Positions 1-9,451 of a DNA stretch of 64,000 nucleotides are shown here, piece by piece. This DNA is from Candidatus Fervidifonticultor secundus (GTDB taxonomy: Bacteria; Sysuimicrobiota; Sysuimicrobiia; Sysuimicrobiales; Humicultoraceae), in the NCBI GenBank assembly GCA_031459385.1, contig JAVKIP010000005.1:32001-96000 (forward strand), written 5' to 3'. Every line of letters begins with the position of its first letter. Within the stretch, counting starts at the first letter, position 1. A program made the translations under genes and the position numbers. Below the pieces are notes generated by a model. That model ran no database searches. It was not told the origin of the DNA and worked only from the letters and a program-made list of their open reading frames with translations.

Positions 1-152
1 GCCCACCCCGACGCCTTCATCCACACGCCGCGCCCGCCCGGATCCCGCAGCGACACGTGGCCCCAGATCAGGTCCCCGTGATCCTCCAGGGCGAGGATGC
101 GGGACGCCAGGGCCACGCGCTCGCGCATCTCGTCGTCGCGAATGCGACTCAC
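1..152 (-). CDS. Class II aldolase/adducin family protein, 5' part only (runs off window start)
   Basis: Not in ORF track. Minus-strand translation gives (M)[55 protein letters not shown]...WMKASG is the class II aldolase N-terminal pattern. AGGAGG at 152-157; start is GTG 152 or ATG 128. Confidence 0.7.
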   Translation of the reverse strand, partial: MSRIRDDEMRERVALASRILALEDHGDLIWGHVSLRDPGGRGVWMKASGW

Positions 153-183
153 CTCCTGTGGACGCGGGCCCTGCCGGCCCGCA

Positions 184-882
184 TCATCGCCCGCCTCCGA
201 CCAGCAGCAGTCCCGCGGCCAGGCTCGCCGCGCCCGCCGCCTGCTGCACGAGCCGCCGCGCGCCGGCCGCGCGCGACGAGGCCCGGAGCGCCGGCCACAG
301 GGCCAGGGCACCGACCGCGACCATACCGGCCAGGCTCCCGGTCGCGAACAGCCCCAGGGATGCGGCGGCGCGCGGCGACGGCGCCGCCACGGCCACCGCC
401 GCCACCGCGGCCCCGCTGCCCGCCAGCCCGTGGAGGCTCCCCACCAGGTACGCGGCCAGCGGCGCGTGCATCCAGCGCGGCGCCGTCGGATGGGCGTGCC
501 CGGGGCCGTGGCGGTGCACGTGGAAGTGCGTGTGCACCATACCCGGGGCGTGCGCGTGCGTGTGCACGTGCAGGCGCTCGCGTCGCGCCCGCGCCAGGGT
601 GAGCGCGCCCAGCAGGATCATCACAGCACCGGCGGCAACGTCGGCGCGGGCCGCGAGCCAGCCGGGCAGGCTCCGGCCCGATGCCGCCAGGAGCACGCCG
701 GCTGCGGCCACCACCGTGGCATGCCCGGCGCCCCAGGCCACGGCCACACGCAGGACCTCGCCGCGGCTGCGGCCGTGGGCCGCCATCGTCGACACCGCGG
801 CGAGGTGGTCCGGCTCCAGCGCATGCCGGGCGCCCAGCAGCAGCCCGTACGTCAGCACCAGCACGTCGTCGACGGGCATCAC
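184..882 (-). CDS. UreH/SodT/NiCoT-like nickel/cobalt permease with His-rich loop
   Basis: [12 protein letters not shown] (variant of the NiCoT RHAxDADH signature), HGLAGS motif, about 6 hydrophobic helices, His-rich loop [27 protein letters not shown]. Confidence 0.8.
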   Translation of the reverse strand: MMPVDDVLVLTYGLLLGARHALEPDHLAAVSTMAAHGRSRGEVLRVAVAWGAGHATVVAAAGVLLAASGRSLPGWLAARADVAAGAVMILLGALTLARARRERLHVHTHAHAPGMVHTHFHVHRHGPGHAHPTAPRWMHAPLAAYLVGSLHGLAGSGAAVAAVAVAAPSPRAAASLGLFATGSLAGMVAVGALALWPALRASSRAAGARRLVQQAAGAASLAAGLLLVGGGR

Positions 883-2102
883 GGGCGCCGTCCCTGGGGG
901 AGATCTGCGGGCACAGGCCGGCGGTAGAAGTCGTCGTCCATCCGGCTCGCCCCGCCCTCCTGGCGCAGCATCGCCTCCCAGTCCTGCCGGATGAACGGGT
1001 CCTCCTCCCAGTAGGGAATCGCGCTGCCGCCCTCATCGAGGTGCATCGCGTTCCTGTCGAGCACCTCTTCCCCGGGCCGGCCGGGCTCGCGGCCGGTGCC
1101 GCGGCCGAACGGCCCGAACCAGGCCATCAGGCGCAGCGGCTCCCGGCCGACGCCGAAGTGCTGGTGGAACCACTGGCCGCCCATAGGCGCTGCGCTCACC
1201 ATGCCCACAGGCTCGTAGTCCTGGCGCACTACGCGGCTGGCCTGCCCCGTGGTCCAGGGCCGCGGGCCCACCTCGCGGGGCCACGCGTACGTGTACCCTT
1301 TCCCCTTGATGCAGATCAGCACCGCCGCCGACTCGTGGGCGTGTGCCTTCGAGTACCGGCCGGTCTCGTGCTGGCCGATCCACAGGTAGAAGACGTTTCG
1401 GTCCAGGTGGGGCTCCAGGCGTCGGAACCCGGGCGAGCGGCGGTTGTCGAGCGGCAGCGGGCAGTTGACCGCATCGGGAACGATGTTGGTGCGCACCATG
1501 GCCAGCCCGCGGAACGGGTCGGGCTCGATCTCCTGGAGGTTCGCCCGGTAGTAACCAGCGCCGCCGTCGTAGCGGTCGCGGAACGCATACGGGCAGTTGA
1601 AGACGAAGTCGGCGTTGCCGAACAGGTTCATGACGGCCGGCGCAGTGGTGCCCACCAGCAGCAGCGCCGGTCCCGACGCCATGCTGTTGATCAGGCGATG
1701 CGAGGTGTTCAAGGGGATCGTGAACAGCGACCCGGGCTGCCACTCGACGACCTCGCGGCTGCCGCCGTCGTCGGTCCACACCTCGGCGGCGCCGCGGCCC
1801 TCGACGACGAAGATCACTTCCTCATAGAGGTGGCGCTCGGGCTGCAGGGCCTCCGCGGGCGGGATCTCCACCACGTAGCATCCCCACAGGCCCTCGGTGC
1901 CGTAGAGCTGGATGAACGCGCCCCGTCCGCCCAGGCGGCGCCAGGCCCCCAGCGGCAGCTCCTGCACCCGCCGCACGCCGATGCCGCGGTGCACCGGGAT
2001 GCCTTCGGCTTCCATGAACAGGTCGTAGGGCGCGGGCGGGCGCTTCCATCGCCCCCAGCCGGCCCGCTGGTCTCCTGAGGGCTCCCGCCAGGGTCCGGTC
2101 AT
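879..2102 (-). CDS. Bicupin protein A (gentisate-dioxygenase-like cupin superfamily)
   Basis: Two cupin domains: ERHLYEEVIFVVEG...SHRLIN and KAHAHESAAVL...WFHQHF. ATG at 2102 with GGAG upstream. Confidence 0.8.
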   Translation of the reverse strand: MTGPWREPSGDQRAGWGRWKRPPAPYDLFMEAEGIPVHRGIGVRRVQELPLGAWRRLGGRGAFIQLYGTEGLWGCYVVEIPPAEALQPERHLYEEVIFVVEGRGAAEVWTDDGGSREVVEWQPGSLFTIPLNTSHRLINSMASGPALLLVGTTAPAVMNLFGNADFVFNCPYAFRDRYDGGAGYYRANLQEIEPDPFRGLAMVRTNIVPDAVNCPLPLDNRRSPGFRRLEPHLDRNVFYLWIGQHETGRYSKAHAHESAAVLICIKGKGYTYAWPREVGPRPWTTGQASRVVRQDYEPVGMVSAAPMGGQWFHQHFGVGREPLRLMAWFGPFGRGTGREPGRPGEEVLDRNAMHLDEGGSAIPYWEEDPFIRQDWEAMLRQEGGASRMDDDFYRRPVPADLPQGRRP

Positions 2103-2173
2103 CGGTCTCCTCGCCACGTCAGCGCGTCAGAGGATCGCCGCAGCATCGCGATGCTTCGACCCCCTGTGCCCGC

Positions 2174-2653
2174 TTACCGGAGCAGCGCCCCCCACAGCCA
2201 TCCGTCGGCGAACGGCAGGTGGAGCAGCCGCACGAACAGCAACCAGAACCCCAGCCAGGCCAGGACCGGCATCGCCAGCGAAACCGCCCACCCTTCCCGG
2301 GCCTGGCCGCGCAGGTAGGCGAAGACGAACAGCGGCACCGCCCGCGGGAACCCCACCAGCGCGATGGCCAGGAAGAACCCGCCCATCCAGGCCACCATGG
2401 TCAGGGTGCGGCGCAGTGCCACCGCTGGAGGCACATCTCGAGAGAGCTCGACGTCCATCGCCTCCCGTGGATGGGCGTCGTCCTGGCGGCGCAGGCACAG
2501 CACGGCCTCGGCGGCGGCCAGCGCCAGGAGGGGGACGCCGATGACGCGCGGGTACAGCGCGGTCTTGATGGGCCACGACGCCGTCTCCGCCAGCGCCCAG
2601 GCCGCCAGCAGCGCCACCGCCGTGGCGAAGACCGCGTGGCCGCTAGGTCGCAT
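2174..2653 (-). CDS. tctB: Tripartite tricarboxylate transporter small subunit TctB
   Basis: About 160 aa, 4 TM helices, YPRVIG and LFVRLLHLPF motifs, overlaps tctA stop. Confidence 0.85.
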   Translation of the reverse strand: MRPSGHAVFATAVALLAAWALAETASWPIKTALYPRVIGVPLLALAAAEAVLCLRRQDDAHPREAMDVELSRDVPPAVALRRTLTMVAWMGGFFLAIALVGFPRAVPLFVFAYLRGQAREGWAVSLAMPVLAWLGFWLLFVRLLHLPFADGWLWGALLR

Positions 2654-4163
2654 GGACGGCCTCCGCCGCGGTCCGGCGGTGCCCCCGGCGCTGCTGGAGC
2701 AACGTGGACAGCACGACGCCCGCCACCAGCACCATCAGCGCCACGACGACCGGGCGTCCCAGCCACGCCGCGCCATAGCGCGCCACCGAGATCCACAGGT
2801 AGCGCTCCGCCACGTCGCCCAGCACGAGACCCAGCACCAGCGGCGCCCGGGGCCACTGGTAGCGGACCATCAGGTACCCGAGCGCTCCGAAGGCGAGCAT
2901 CACGACCACATCGCCCAGGCTGTTGTTGGCCGTGTAGGCGCCGACGAACGTCAGCAGCACCAGCACCGGGATCAGCAGCGTCCCGCGGATGGTCGTCAGA
3001 CGGGCCAGGTGATGCAGGAACACCAGGCAGACGGCGACGGTGACGATGTTGGCCAGCACGATCGTCCAGACCATCGAGAGGGTGACGTTGAGGTGCCGGG
3101 TGAGCATATCGGGCCCCGGCGTCAGGCCCACCAGGAAGAACCCGCCGAGCAGGATGGCCATCGCCGAGCTGCCCGGCACTCCGAACGCCACCGTCGGGAT
3201 CAGCGCGCCGCCCTCCTTGGAGTTGTTGGCGGCGCCAGGCCCCAGCACGCCGCGCACGTCGCCCGTGCCGAAGGCCGCCCGCTCGTGTGGCGAGCGGACG
3301 CTCTGGGCGGCGTGCGCGTAGGCCAGCCACTGGGCGACACCGCCGCCCAGCCCCGGGATGATGCCGATGTACGTGCCGATCAGGCTGCAGCGGATGGTGA
3401 GCCAGAAGTGCCGGAACACATCGCGCACTCCGGCGGCCACGCCCGCCAGCCGTCCGGCCGGTGCCTGGCCGGCGATCGCCGTGCCCCGCACGGCCAGGTC
3501 GATGATCTCGGGGATCGCAAAGAAACCCACCAGCACTGGCACCAGGTCCAGGCCGTCCCACAGGTAGAGCGTGCCCAGCGTGTACCGGTGGTTGCCCGCC
3601 TGGGGATCCGAGCCGACGGCGGCGATCATCAGCCCCAGCGCGCCTGCCAGGAACCCCCGCAGCATCGCCCGGGGGCTGCGGCCGCTGAGGGACGCGATGA
3701 ACGCGATCCCCAGCACCGCCAGCATGAACAGTTCGGGCGAGCCGAACGTCAGCACCAGGGGCCGCACCACCGGGATCGCCGCCGCCAGCGCCGCGGCGCC
3801 GACCACCGCACCCACCAGCGAGGATCCCAGCGCGGCGCCCAGCGCGCGGCCCGCCTCGCCCCGCTTGGCCATGGCGTGGCCGTCGAGGACCGTGGCGGCC
3901 GTGGTCCCCTCGCCGGGGATGCCGAAGAGGATCGAGGTGATGTCCCCGGTGGTGGCCACCACGGCGTGCATTCCCAGCAGGAACGCGAAGGCCGCCACCG
4001 GCTCCATGCGGTAGACGAAGGGCAGCATCAGGGCCAGCGTGGTGCCCCCGCCCAGGCCAGGGAGGAGCCCGACCCAGAAGCCCACGGCGATGCCGATGAG
4101 CATGAAGCGCAGGGCCTGCCACTGGAGGACCTCGACGAGCGCCTGCAGCAGGGCTTCAAGCAT
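2643..4163 (-). CDS. tctA: Tripartite tricarboxylate transporter permease TctA
   Basis: GLLPGLGG, ILFGIPGEGTTAATVLDG, GPGAANNSKEGGALIPTVAFGVPGS motifs; start moved to MLEALLQ (4163). Confidence 0.93.
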   Translation of the reverse strand: MLEALLQALVEVLQWQALRFMLIGIAVGFWVGLLPGLGGGTTLALMLPFVYRMEPVAAFAFLLGMHAVVATTGDITSILFGIPGEGTTAATVLDGHAMAKRGEAGRALGAALGSSLVGAVVGAAALAAAIPVVRPLVLTFGSPELFMLAVLGIAFIASLSGRSPRAMLRGFLAGALGLMIAAVGSDPQAGNHRYTLGTLYLWDGLDLVPVLVGFFAIPEIIDLAVRGTAIAGQAPAGRLAGVAAGVRDVFRHFWLTIRCSLIGTYIGIIPGLGGGVAQWLAYAHAAQSVRSPHERAAFGTGDVRGVLGPGAANNSKEGGALIPTVAFGVPGSSAMAILLGGFFLVGLTPGPDMLTRHLNVTLSMVWTIVLANIVTVAVCLVFLHHLARLTTIRGTLLIPVLVLLTFVGAYTANNSLGDVVVMLAFGALGYLMVRYQWPRAPLVLGLVLGDVAERYLWISVARYGAAWLGRPVVVALMVLVAGVVLSTLLQQRRGHRRTAAEAVHAT

Positions 4164-4188
4164 GCCCGGTGCGCGCCCCGACGCGCGC

Positions 4189-5190
4189 CTACTCGAACCG
4201 GAAGAACTGGCTGAAGATCCGCACCACGTCGGCCGGCGCGCCCAGGACCTCCCGGATGACCCGCAGCGCCTGGTCACCGGGCACGAAGTCGATCTCGAAA
4301 CCCGCCCGCTCAGCTTCGGCCAGGAAGTCGCGGTCTTCGCTCACCCGCTTGAACGCCTCGCGGAAGAGCCTGACGCTCTCCTCCGGCGTGCCGGGCGGCA
4401 TGACGAAGGGACGCCCGATCTCCTCGGGCGTCGAGCGCAGGCGCATCACCGCCTTGGCCCGGGGCTCGGTCACCAGGTCCTCGTCCACCGGCAGCGCCCG
4501 GATAGCCGGGACCGTGGCCCGGGCGCGCACCACGGCCCGCACGAGCCCGCGGTCGATGAACGGCTTCAGCGACGAGTACGAGCCGGCGCGCCCGTCCACT
4601 TCCCGGCGTTCCACCGCCAGCATGATGTCCGCGCTCGAGGGGTACCCGCTGATGATCCGGAGGTTGAACCCTGCCAGGGCCTTGAGGAGCAGTGGGAAGT
4701 CGTAGGTGTTGGCGCCCGGGCCGGTGGCGCCGATGATGACGGCGGGGTCGGCCCGCCGGAGGTCGATCGCCTGCCGGTACGGCAGGTCGGCACGGATGGC
4801 CAGCACCGTGGTCTCGCTGGCGATGCTGCCCACCCACCCGAACCGCAGCATGTCGAACCGCATCCCTTCCACCTTCATGAGCTGGCCCACGACCAGGTTG
4901 CGGTTGAACAGCCCCAGCGTCAGCCCGTCGGGCCGGGCCACGGAGTAGACGTGATTGGCCGCCACGATGCTGTTGGCGCCGGGCATGTTCTGCACGATGG
5001 TCGTGGGGTTGCCCGGGAGGTACTTGGGCAGGTGGCGCGCCACCATGCGCGCGATGCGATCGTACCCTCCGCCGGCGGCGTAGCCGACGACGATCGTCAC
5101 GGTCTTGCCCGCCAGGCTGGGCTGTGGCTGCGCACCCGCCGTCGCGCTTGCCAGGAGCACGAGCACCGCCAGGACCGCGATGACCCTCAT
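4189..5190 (-). CDS. tctC: Tripartite tricarboxylate transporter substrate-binding protein TctC (Bug family)
   Basis: Signal peptide MRVIAVLAVLVLLASATAGAQP, IVVGYAAGGGYDRIAR, NMPGANSIVAAN, PDGLTL motifs. Confidence 0.9.
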   Translation of the reverse strand: MRVIAVLAVLVLLASATAGAQPQPSLAGKTVTIVVGYAAGGGYDRIARMVARHLPKYLPGNPTTIVQNMPGANSIVAANHVYSVARPDGLTLGLFNRNLVVGQLMKVEGMRFDMLRFGWVGSIASETTVLAIRADLPYRQAIDLRRADPAVIIGATGPGANTYDFPLLLKALAGFNLRIISGYPSSADIMLAVERREVDGRAGSYSSLKPFIDRGLVRAVVRARATVPAIRALPVDEDLVTEPRAKAVMRLRSTPEEIGRPFVMPPGTPEESVRLFREAFKRVSEDRDFLAEAERAGFEIDFVPGDQALRVIREVLGAPADVVRIFSQFFRFE

Positions 5191-5410
5191 CTCGATCCCC
5201 CCTGCCGCCGTCACGGCATCCCGCGTGGACCACCTCGGGGCCCTCCTCTTCCACCTCCGGCGCTGTGGCTCCTGCGCTGGGACCGTGTCCGCAGCGCGGC
5301 GCCCGGCGGCGCCCGGGGGCCGCCACAAGGGCTCGGCCCCGCGGCCCGCGTATTACCTCGGTGGGCCGCCCGAGGGCAGGCGGCGAAGGGGGCGTTTTAT
5401 GGAGCGGATG

Positions 5411-6505
5411 ATGACACGGCTTCCCGACGACTGGGGACAGATGGCATACCGCCGGTTCCTCGAGGCCGAGGGCATTCCCCTCGTCACAGGGCTGGCCGTG
5501 GACGACCTGCACGCCGTGGAGGTGGCGCCCTGGCCGCGCCTGGACGCCCGCGGCGCTTACATCCAGCTGACCGGCGCCGAGGACACCGACAGCGGCCACA
5601 TCCTCGAGATCCCGCCAGGACGGTCCACGGCCCCCGACCGACACCTCTACGAGGAAGTGTTCCTGGCCCTGGCCGGGCGCGGGACGTGCGAGGTCTGGAA
5701 CCAGGCCGGCGCGCACCAGACGTTCGAATGGCAGCGGGGCAGCGTGTTCGCCATCCCCCTCAACACGTCCCACCGCCTGCACAACGGCTCGGGCCGGGAG
5801 CCGGCCCGCCTGCTGGGCGTCACCACCGCCCCGTTGATGATCAACCTGCTGCGCAACCTCGACTTCATCTTCCGCTGCCCGTTCGACTTCACCGACCGCT
5901 TCCAGGGCCAGGCCGACTACTTCACCGGCGAGGGCACCCTCTACACCCGCCCGGATACTACCCAGAAGATCTGGGAGACCAACTTCGTGGCCGACGTCTA
6001 CCGGCTGGGGCTCTACGACTGGGTCGAGCGTGGGGCCGGCGGCAAGCACGTGAAGTTCGAGCTGGCCAACAACGCGCTGATCGCCCACGTCTCCGAGTTC
6101 CCGGTGGGCACCTACAAGAAGGCGCACCGGCATGGGCCCGGCGCCCACGTGGTGATCCTGGAGGGCGAGGGCTTCAGCCTGATGTGGACTGACCAGCACG
6201 AGACGTTCGAGGACATCCGGTGGAAGCCCGGGGCGATGTTCGTGCCGCCGGGGATGTGGTGGCACCAGCACTTCAACACCGGGCGGACGCCGGCGCGCTA
6301 CCTGGCCATCCGGTGGGGCAGCACGCGGTGGAAGATCACTCGCTACCTCGACTACCAGGGCGTGGACAAGAGCGCGAAGGCCGGCGGCAATCAGATCGAG
6401 TACGCCGACCAGGACCCGCGCGTCCACCAGCTCTTCGTCGAGCGCTGCCGGGCCAACGGCGTTGAAGTCAGGATGGACCAGTTCTTTGCGCCCGCGGCGC
6501 GCTAG
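5411..6505 (+). CDS. Bicupin protein B, paralog of bicupin A
   Basis: DRHLYEEVFLALAG...SHRLHN and KAHRHGPGAHVVILEG...WWHQHFN; shares EAEGIP, FEWQxGSxFxIPLNTSHRL and TTAP motifs with A. Start 5399, 5408 or 5411 (GGAG at 5401). Confidence 0.8.
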   Translation: MTRLPDDWGQMAYRRFLEAEGIPLVTGLAVDDLHAVEVAPWPRLDARGAYIQLTGAEDTDSGHILEIPPGRSTAPDRHLYEEVFLALAGRGTCEVWNQAGAHQTFEWQRGSVFAIPLNTSHRLHNGSGREPARLLGVTTAPLMINLLRNLDFIFRCPFDFTDRFQGQADYFTGEGTLYTRPDTTQKIWETNFVADVYRLGLYDWVERGAGGKHVKFELANNALIAHVSEFPVGTYKKAHRHGPGAHVVILEGEGFSLMWTDQHETFEDIRWKPGAMFVPPGMWWHQHFNTGRTPARYLAIRWGSTRWKITRYLDYQGVDKSAKAGGNQIEYADQDPRVHQLFVERCRANGVEVRMDQFFAPAAR

Positions 6506-6509
6506 CGCG

Positions 6510-7979
6510 ATGCACGAGTTCGACGAGGACCACATCCACCTCGCCGGCGACGACGGCGCGGCCGTCTACGTCGGCGACCGCGTGGTCCTGCGCAGCGTGG
6601 GCGTCGATATCGGCTCGTCGACCTCGCACATGATCTTCTCGCGGCTCACCCTCGAGCGGCAGGGCCAGCGGCTCTCCAGCCGCTTCGTCGTCACCGCGCG
6701 GGAGGTTCTGTTCCGCTCGCCGGTGATCTTCACGCCCTTCGAGCCCTCAGGCCGGCTCGATGCCCCGGCGCTGGCCCGCTTCATCAACGCCGCCTACAAC
6801 GACGCCGGCGCCCTGCCCGAGCAGGTCGATGCGGGTGCGGTCATCACCACGGGCGAGGCGGCGCGCCGCGAGAACGCCCGGGCCGTGGGCGAGCTCTTTG
6901 CCCGGCACGCCGGCAGGTTCGTCACCGCCACCGCCGGCCCCAACCTCGAGAGCCTGCTGGCCGCGCACGGGTCGGGCGCCGTGGAGTTCTCGAAGAATAC
7001 CACCGACCCGCTGCTCAACGTGGACATCGGCGGCGGCACCACCAAGTTCGCGATCTGCCAGGCCGGGCGCGCAGAGCACACCGGCGCCATCCACCTGGGC
7101 GCACGCCTGCTGGCCTGGGACCCGGCGGGCACCCTGGTCCGGGTCGAGGCCGCCGGCCAGCGGCTCGCGGCGGCCGCGGGCCTGGCCCGGCTCCCCGCAG
7201 TGGGCGACCGGCCCGCGCCCGAGGCGCTGGACCGGCTGGCCGACCACATGGCCGAGGTCGTGCTGCGCATCGTTCAGGGCGCCCGCGACACCGACCTCTG
7301 GATCACCGACCCGCTGCCGCCGGCACCCGCGTGCCGGCACGTCGTCGTCTCGGGCGGGGTGGCCGAGTACGTCTACGGTCGCGAGGCGCGCGAGTTCGGC
7401 GACCTGGGCCCGCGGCTCGCCGCTGCCGTGCGACGCCGCGCCGCGGCGGCGGGCCTGGCACTCTTGGACCCGCGGGAGGGCATCCGCGCCACCTGCATCG
7501 GAGCGTCGCAGTACACGGTGCAGCTGAGCGGCGACACGATCTTCCTCACCGATCCCGGGGTGCTGCCGCTGCACAGCGTGCCGGTGGTGCGCCTGCGGCG
7601 CGCCGGGCCGTCGGCAGACGTGGTGGCCGAGGCGCTGCGCCAGGGCATGGCCCGCCTCGACCTCACGCCCGACGACGCGCCGTTCGCGGTCGCGGTGCAC
7701 TGGCACCACGGCGCCGACTACGCGTCGCTCAGGGAACTGTGCGCCGGCATCACCGCCGCCCTGCCGCGCGGGGGGAACGGCCATCCCCTGCTGGTGGTCA
7801 TCGACGCCGACGTGGCCGGCCTGGTGGGGGCCCTGCTGCGGCAGGAGTTCGGGGTGCCGGGCGAGATCGTCTGCATCGACCAGGTGCTCCTGCGCGAGTT
7901 CGACTACATCGACGTGGGCCGGCCGCTCCCCGACCAGGGCGTGGTGCCGGTAGTGGTCAAGAGCCTGGTCTTCCGCTGA
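6510..7979 (+). CDS. eutA: EutA-family ASKHA ATPase (ethanolamine ammonia-lyase reactivase-like)
   Basis: SVGVDIGSSTSH, AVITTGEAARRENA, FVTATAGPNLESLLAAHGSGA, NVDIGGGTTK, SGGVAE, C-terminal VPVVVKSLVF; 4 bp after bicupin B stop. Confidence 0.9.
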   Translation: MHEFDEDHIHLAGDDGAAVYVGDRVVLRSVGVDIGSSTSHMIFSRLTLERQGQRLSSRFVVTAREVLFRSPVIFTPFEPSGRLDAPALARFINAAYNDAGALPEQVDAGAVITTGEAARRENARAVGELFARHAGRFVTATAGPNLESLLAAHGSGAVEFSKNTTDPLLNVDIGGGTTKFAICQAGRAEHTGAIHLGARLLAWDPAGTLVRVEAAGQRLAAAAGLARLPAVGDRPAPEALDRLADHMAEVVLRIVQGARDTDLWITDPLPPAPACRHVVVSGGVAEYVYGREAREFGDLGPRLAAAVRRRAAAAGLALLDPREGIRATCIGASQYTVQLSGDTIFLTDPGVLPLHSVPVVRLRRAGPSADVVAEALRQGMARLDLTPDDAPFAVAVHWHHGADYASLRELCAGITAALPRGGNGHPLLVVIDADVAGLVGALLRQEFGVPGEIVCIDQVLLREFDYIDVGRPLPDQGVVPVVVKSLVFR

Positions 7980-8177
7980 GCTCGGTCCACGTCAGAGTGG
8001 TCGCGCAGGCTTGTGCGCCCCGACGCCGGATCTCCACGCGTGGGAAGCCTGGGGCGGCGCGGTTCGTCGGCGTCCACCGATGCACAGGATGTTGCGATCC
8101 TGACTGCCCTGCGCCGAGCAGTAGACGACGTGGAACATCAGTTCCGGGAGCGCGAGGAAGCCGGAGGCGACTTGACG

Positions 8178-9449
8178 CTATGAGCCCGCCCGGCGGTACG
8201 CCGCCCGGGCTCCTCCCGCGCCATTCGGCCGGCACAGGTCGGGCACCGCCGCCACCGCCGCGTTGGCCACCAGCACGGTCGCCGCGATGGCGTAGAAGAC
8301 GGAGGGGAGCCCGTACCGGTCGGCGATGACCCCGCCGGCCAGCGGCGCGAGCGTCGCGCAGGCTGCCTGCGCCGTGAACAGCGCGCCCACGGTGGTCCCC
8401 TCGTACGCCCGCGGCACCACCCCCAGCGCCCAGCGGAAGATCGCCGGCCGCATCGAGTAGACGAAGAACCCCAGCAGCGCCAGCACGGCCACGAACAGCG
8501 GGCCCGAGCCCAGGGCCGCCACCGCCAGCACCACCAGGCTCGTGGTGAGCATCCCCGCCGTGGCCACGCGCTTGGGGCCGAGGCGGTCGGCAAGCGTCCC
8601 CGCCAGCGGGGTGGCCACCATGCCGGAGACCTGCACGAGGGTCATGTACAGGCCCAGCAGCGCCGCAGGCACGTGCAGCGTGTACACCAGGTACAGCGGC
8701 AGGAAGGTGCTCAGGCCCTGCTGGGTCAGAGACCGGATGCCCGAGATGCCGGCCAGGGCCATGAAGCGGGCGTTGCGCACCAGCGCCGCCAGCCCGCCGG
8801 CGTACTCCCGCGCCGTGCGGGCCGGACGGTCGCCGGAGGCACCCACCTGCGTCCGACGCAGCACCTCCAGCAGGGCCAGCGCCAGCGGCAGCCCGAGCGC
8901 CACCGTTGCCGAGAGCACGCCGCGCCACGCCAGCATGCCGACCAGCAGCCCGGCGGCCAGCGGCGCCACCACTTCGCCCACGTTGGCCCCGAGCTCGTGC
9001 AGGGCCAACCCGTAGCCGCGGCGGTCCGGATAGCGCGCCGACAGCGCCGTGATGGCGGCGGGGTGCCAGAGGAACATCGCCACGCCGACCACCGCCATGG
9101 CCGCGACCATCACGGGGAAGCTGCGGCTGAACACGATCGCCAGGTACGGCACCAACGTCAGTAGCAGCGATGCGGTCATGAGGAGGTCGCGCCGCCCCAG
9201 GACGTCTGCGACCGCGCCGGCCGGCAGGTTGACCACGATGCTCATCACCTGGCGCGCGCTGAGCAGCAGCCCCACCTGGCTGAACGACAGGCCCAGGTCG
9301 CGGGCGATGTAGGGCAGCAGCAGTCCGAAGCTGGCGGTCGCGGCGTGGTTCAGGGCGTGGCCGGCCGCGACCGCCCAGAGACCGACATTGCTGCGGTCCG
9401 GCCGCGGCAGCGCAGAGCGCAGGAGGTGCGGCGCAGTGCGCAGCGCCAC
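8178..9449 (-). CDS. MFS transporter (Fsr-like)
   Basis: C-terminal 423 aa of the 8178..11060 ORF; 12-TM pattern, GAVADVLGRR and GTLADRLGPKR motif-A loops; GTG 2 bp below the ThDP enzyme stop. Confidence 0.85.
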   Translation of the reverse strand: MALRTAPHLLRSALPRPDRSNVGLWAVAAGHALNHAATASFGLLLPYIARDLGLSFSQVGLLLSARQVMSIVVNLPAGAVADVLGRRDLLMTASLLLTLVPYLAIVFSRSFPVMVAAMAVVGVAMFLWHPAAITALSARYPDRRGYGLALHELGANVGEVVAPLAAGLLVGMLAWRGVLSATVALGLPLALALLEVLRRTQVGASGDRPARTAREYAGGLAALVRNARFMALAGISGIRSLTQQGLSTFLPLYLVYTLHVPAALLGLYMTLVQVSGMVATPLAGTLADRLGPKRVATAGMLTTSLVVLAVAALGSGPLFVAVLALLGFFVYSMRPAIFRWALGVVPRAYEGTTVGALFTAQAACATLAPLAGGVIADRYGLPSVFYAIAATVLVANAAVAAVPDLCRPNGAGGARAAYRRAGS

Positions 9450-9451
9450 GC

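Noticed and set aside
511..572. GTGCGTGTGCAC short repeats
   Set aside because: Explained by the His-rich loop of the nickel permease on the minus strand.
6510..7979. Canonical ethanolamine utilisation locus
   Set aside because: No eutB/eutC, shell proteins or B12 genes in the window.
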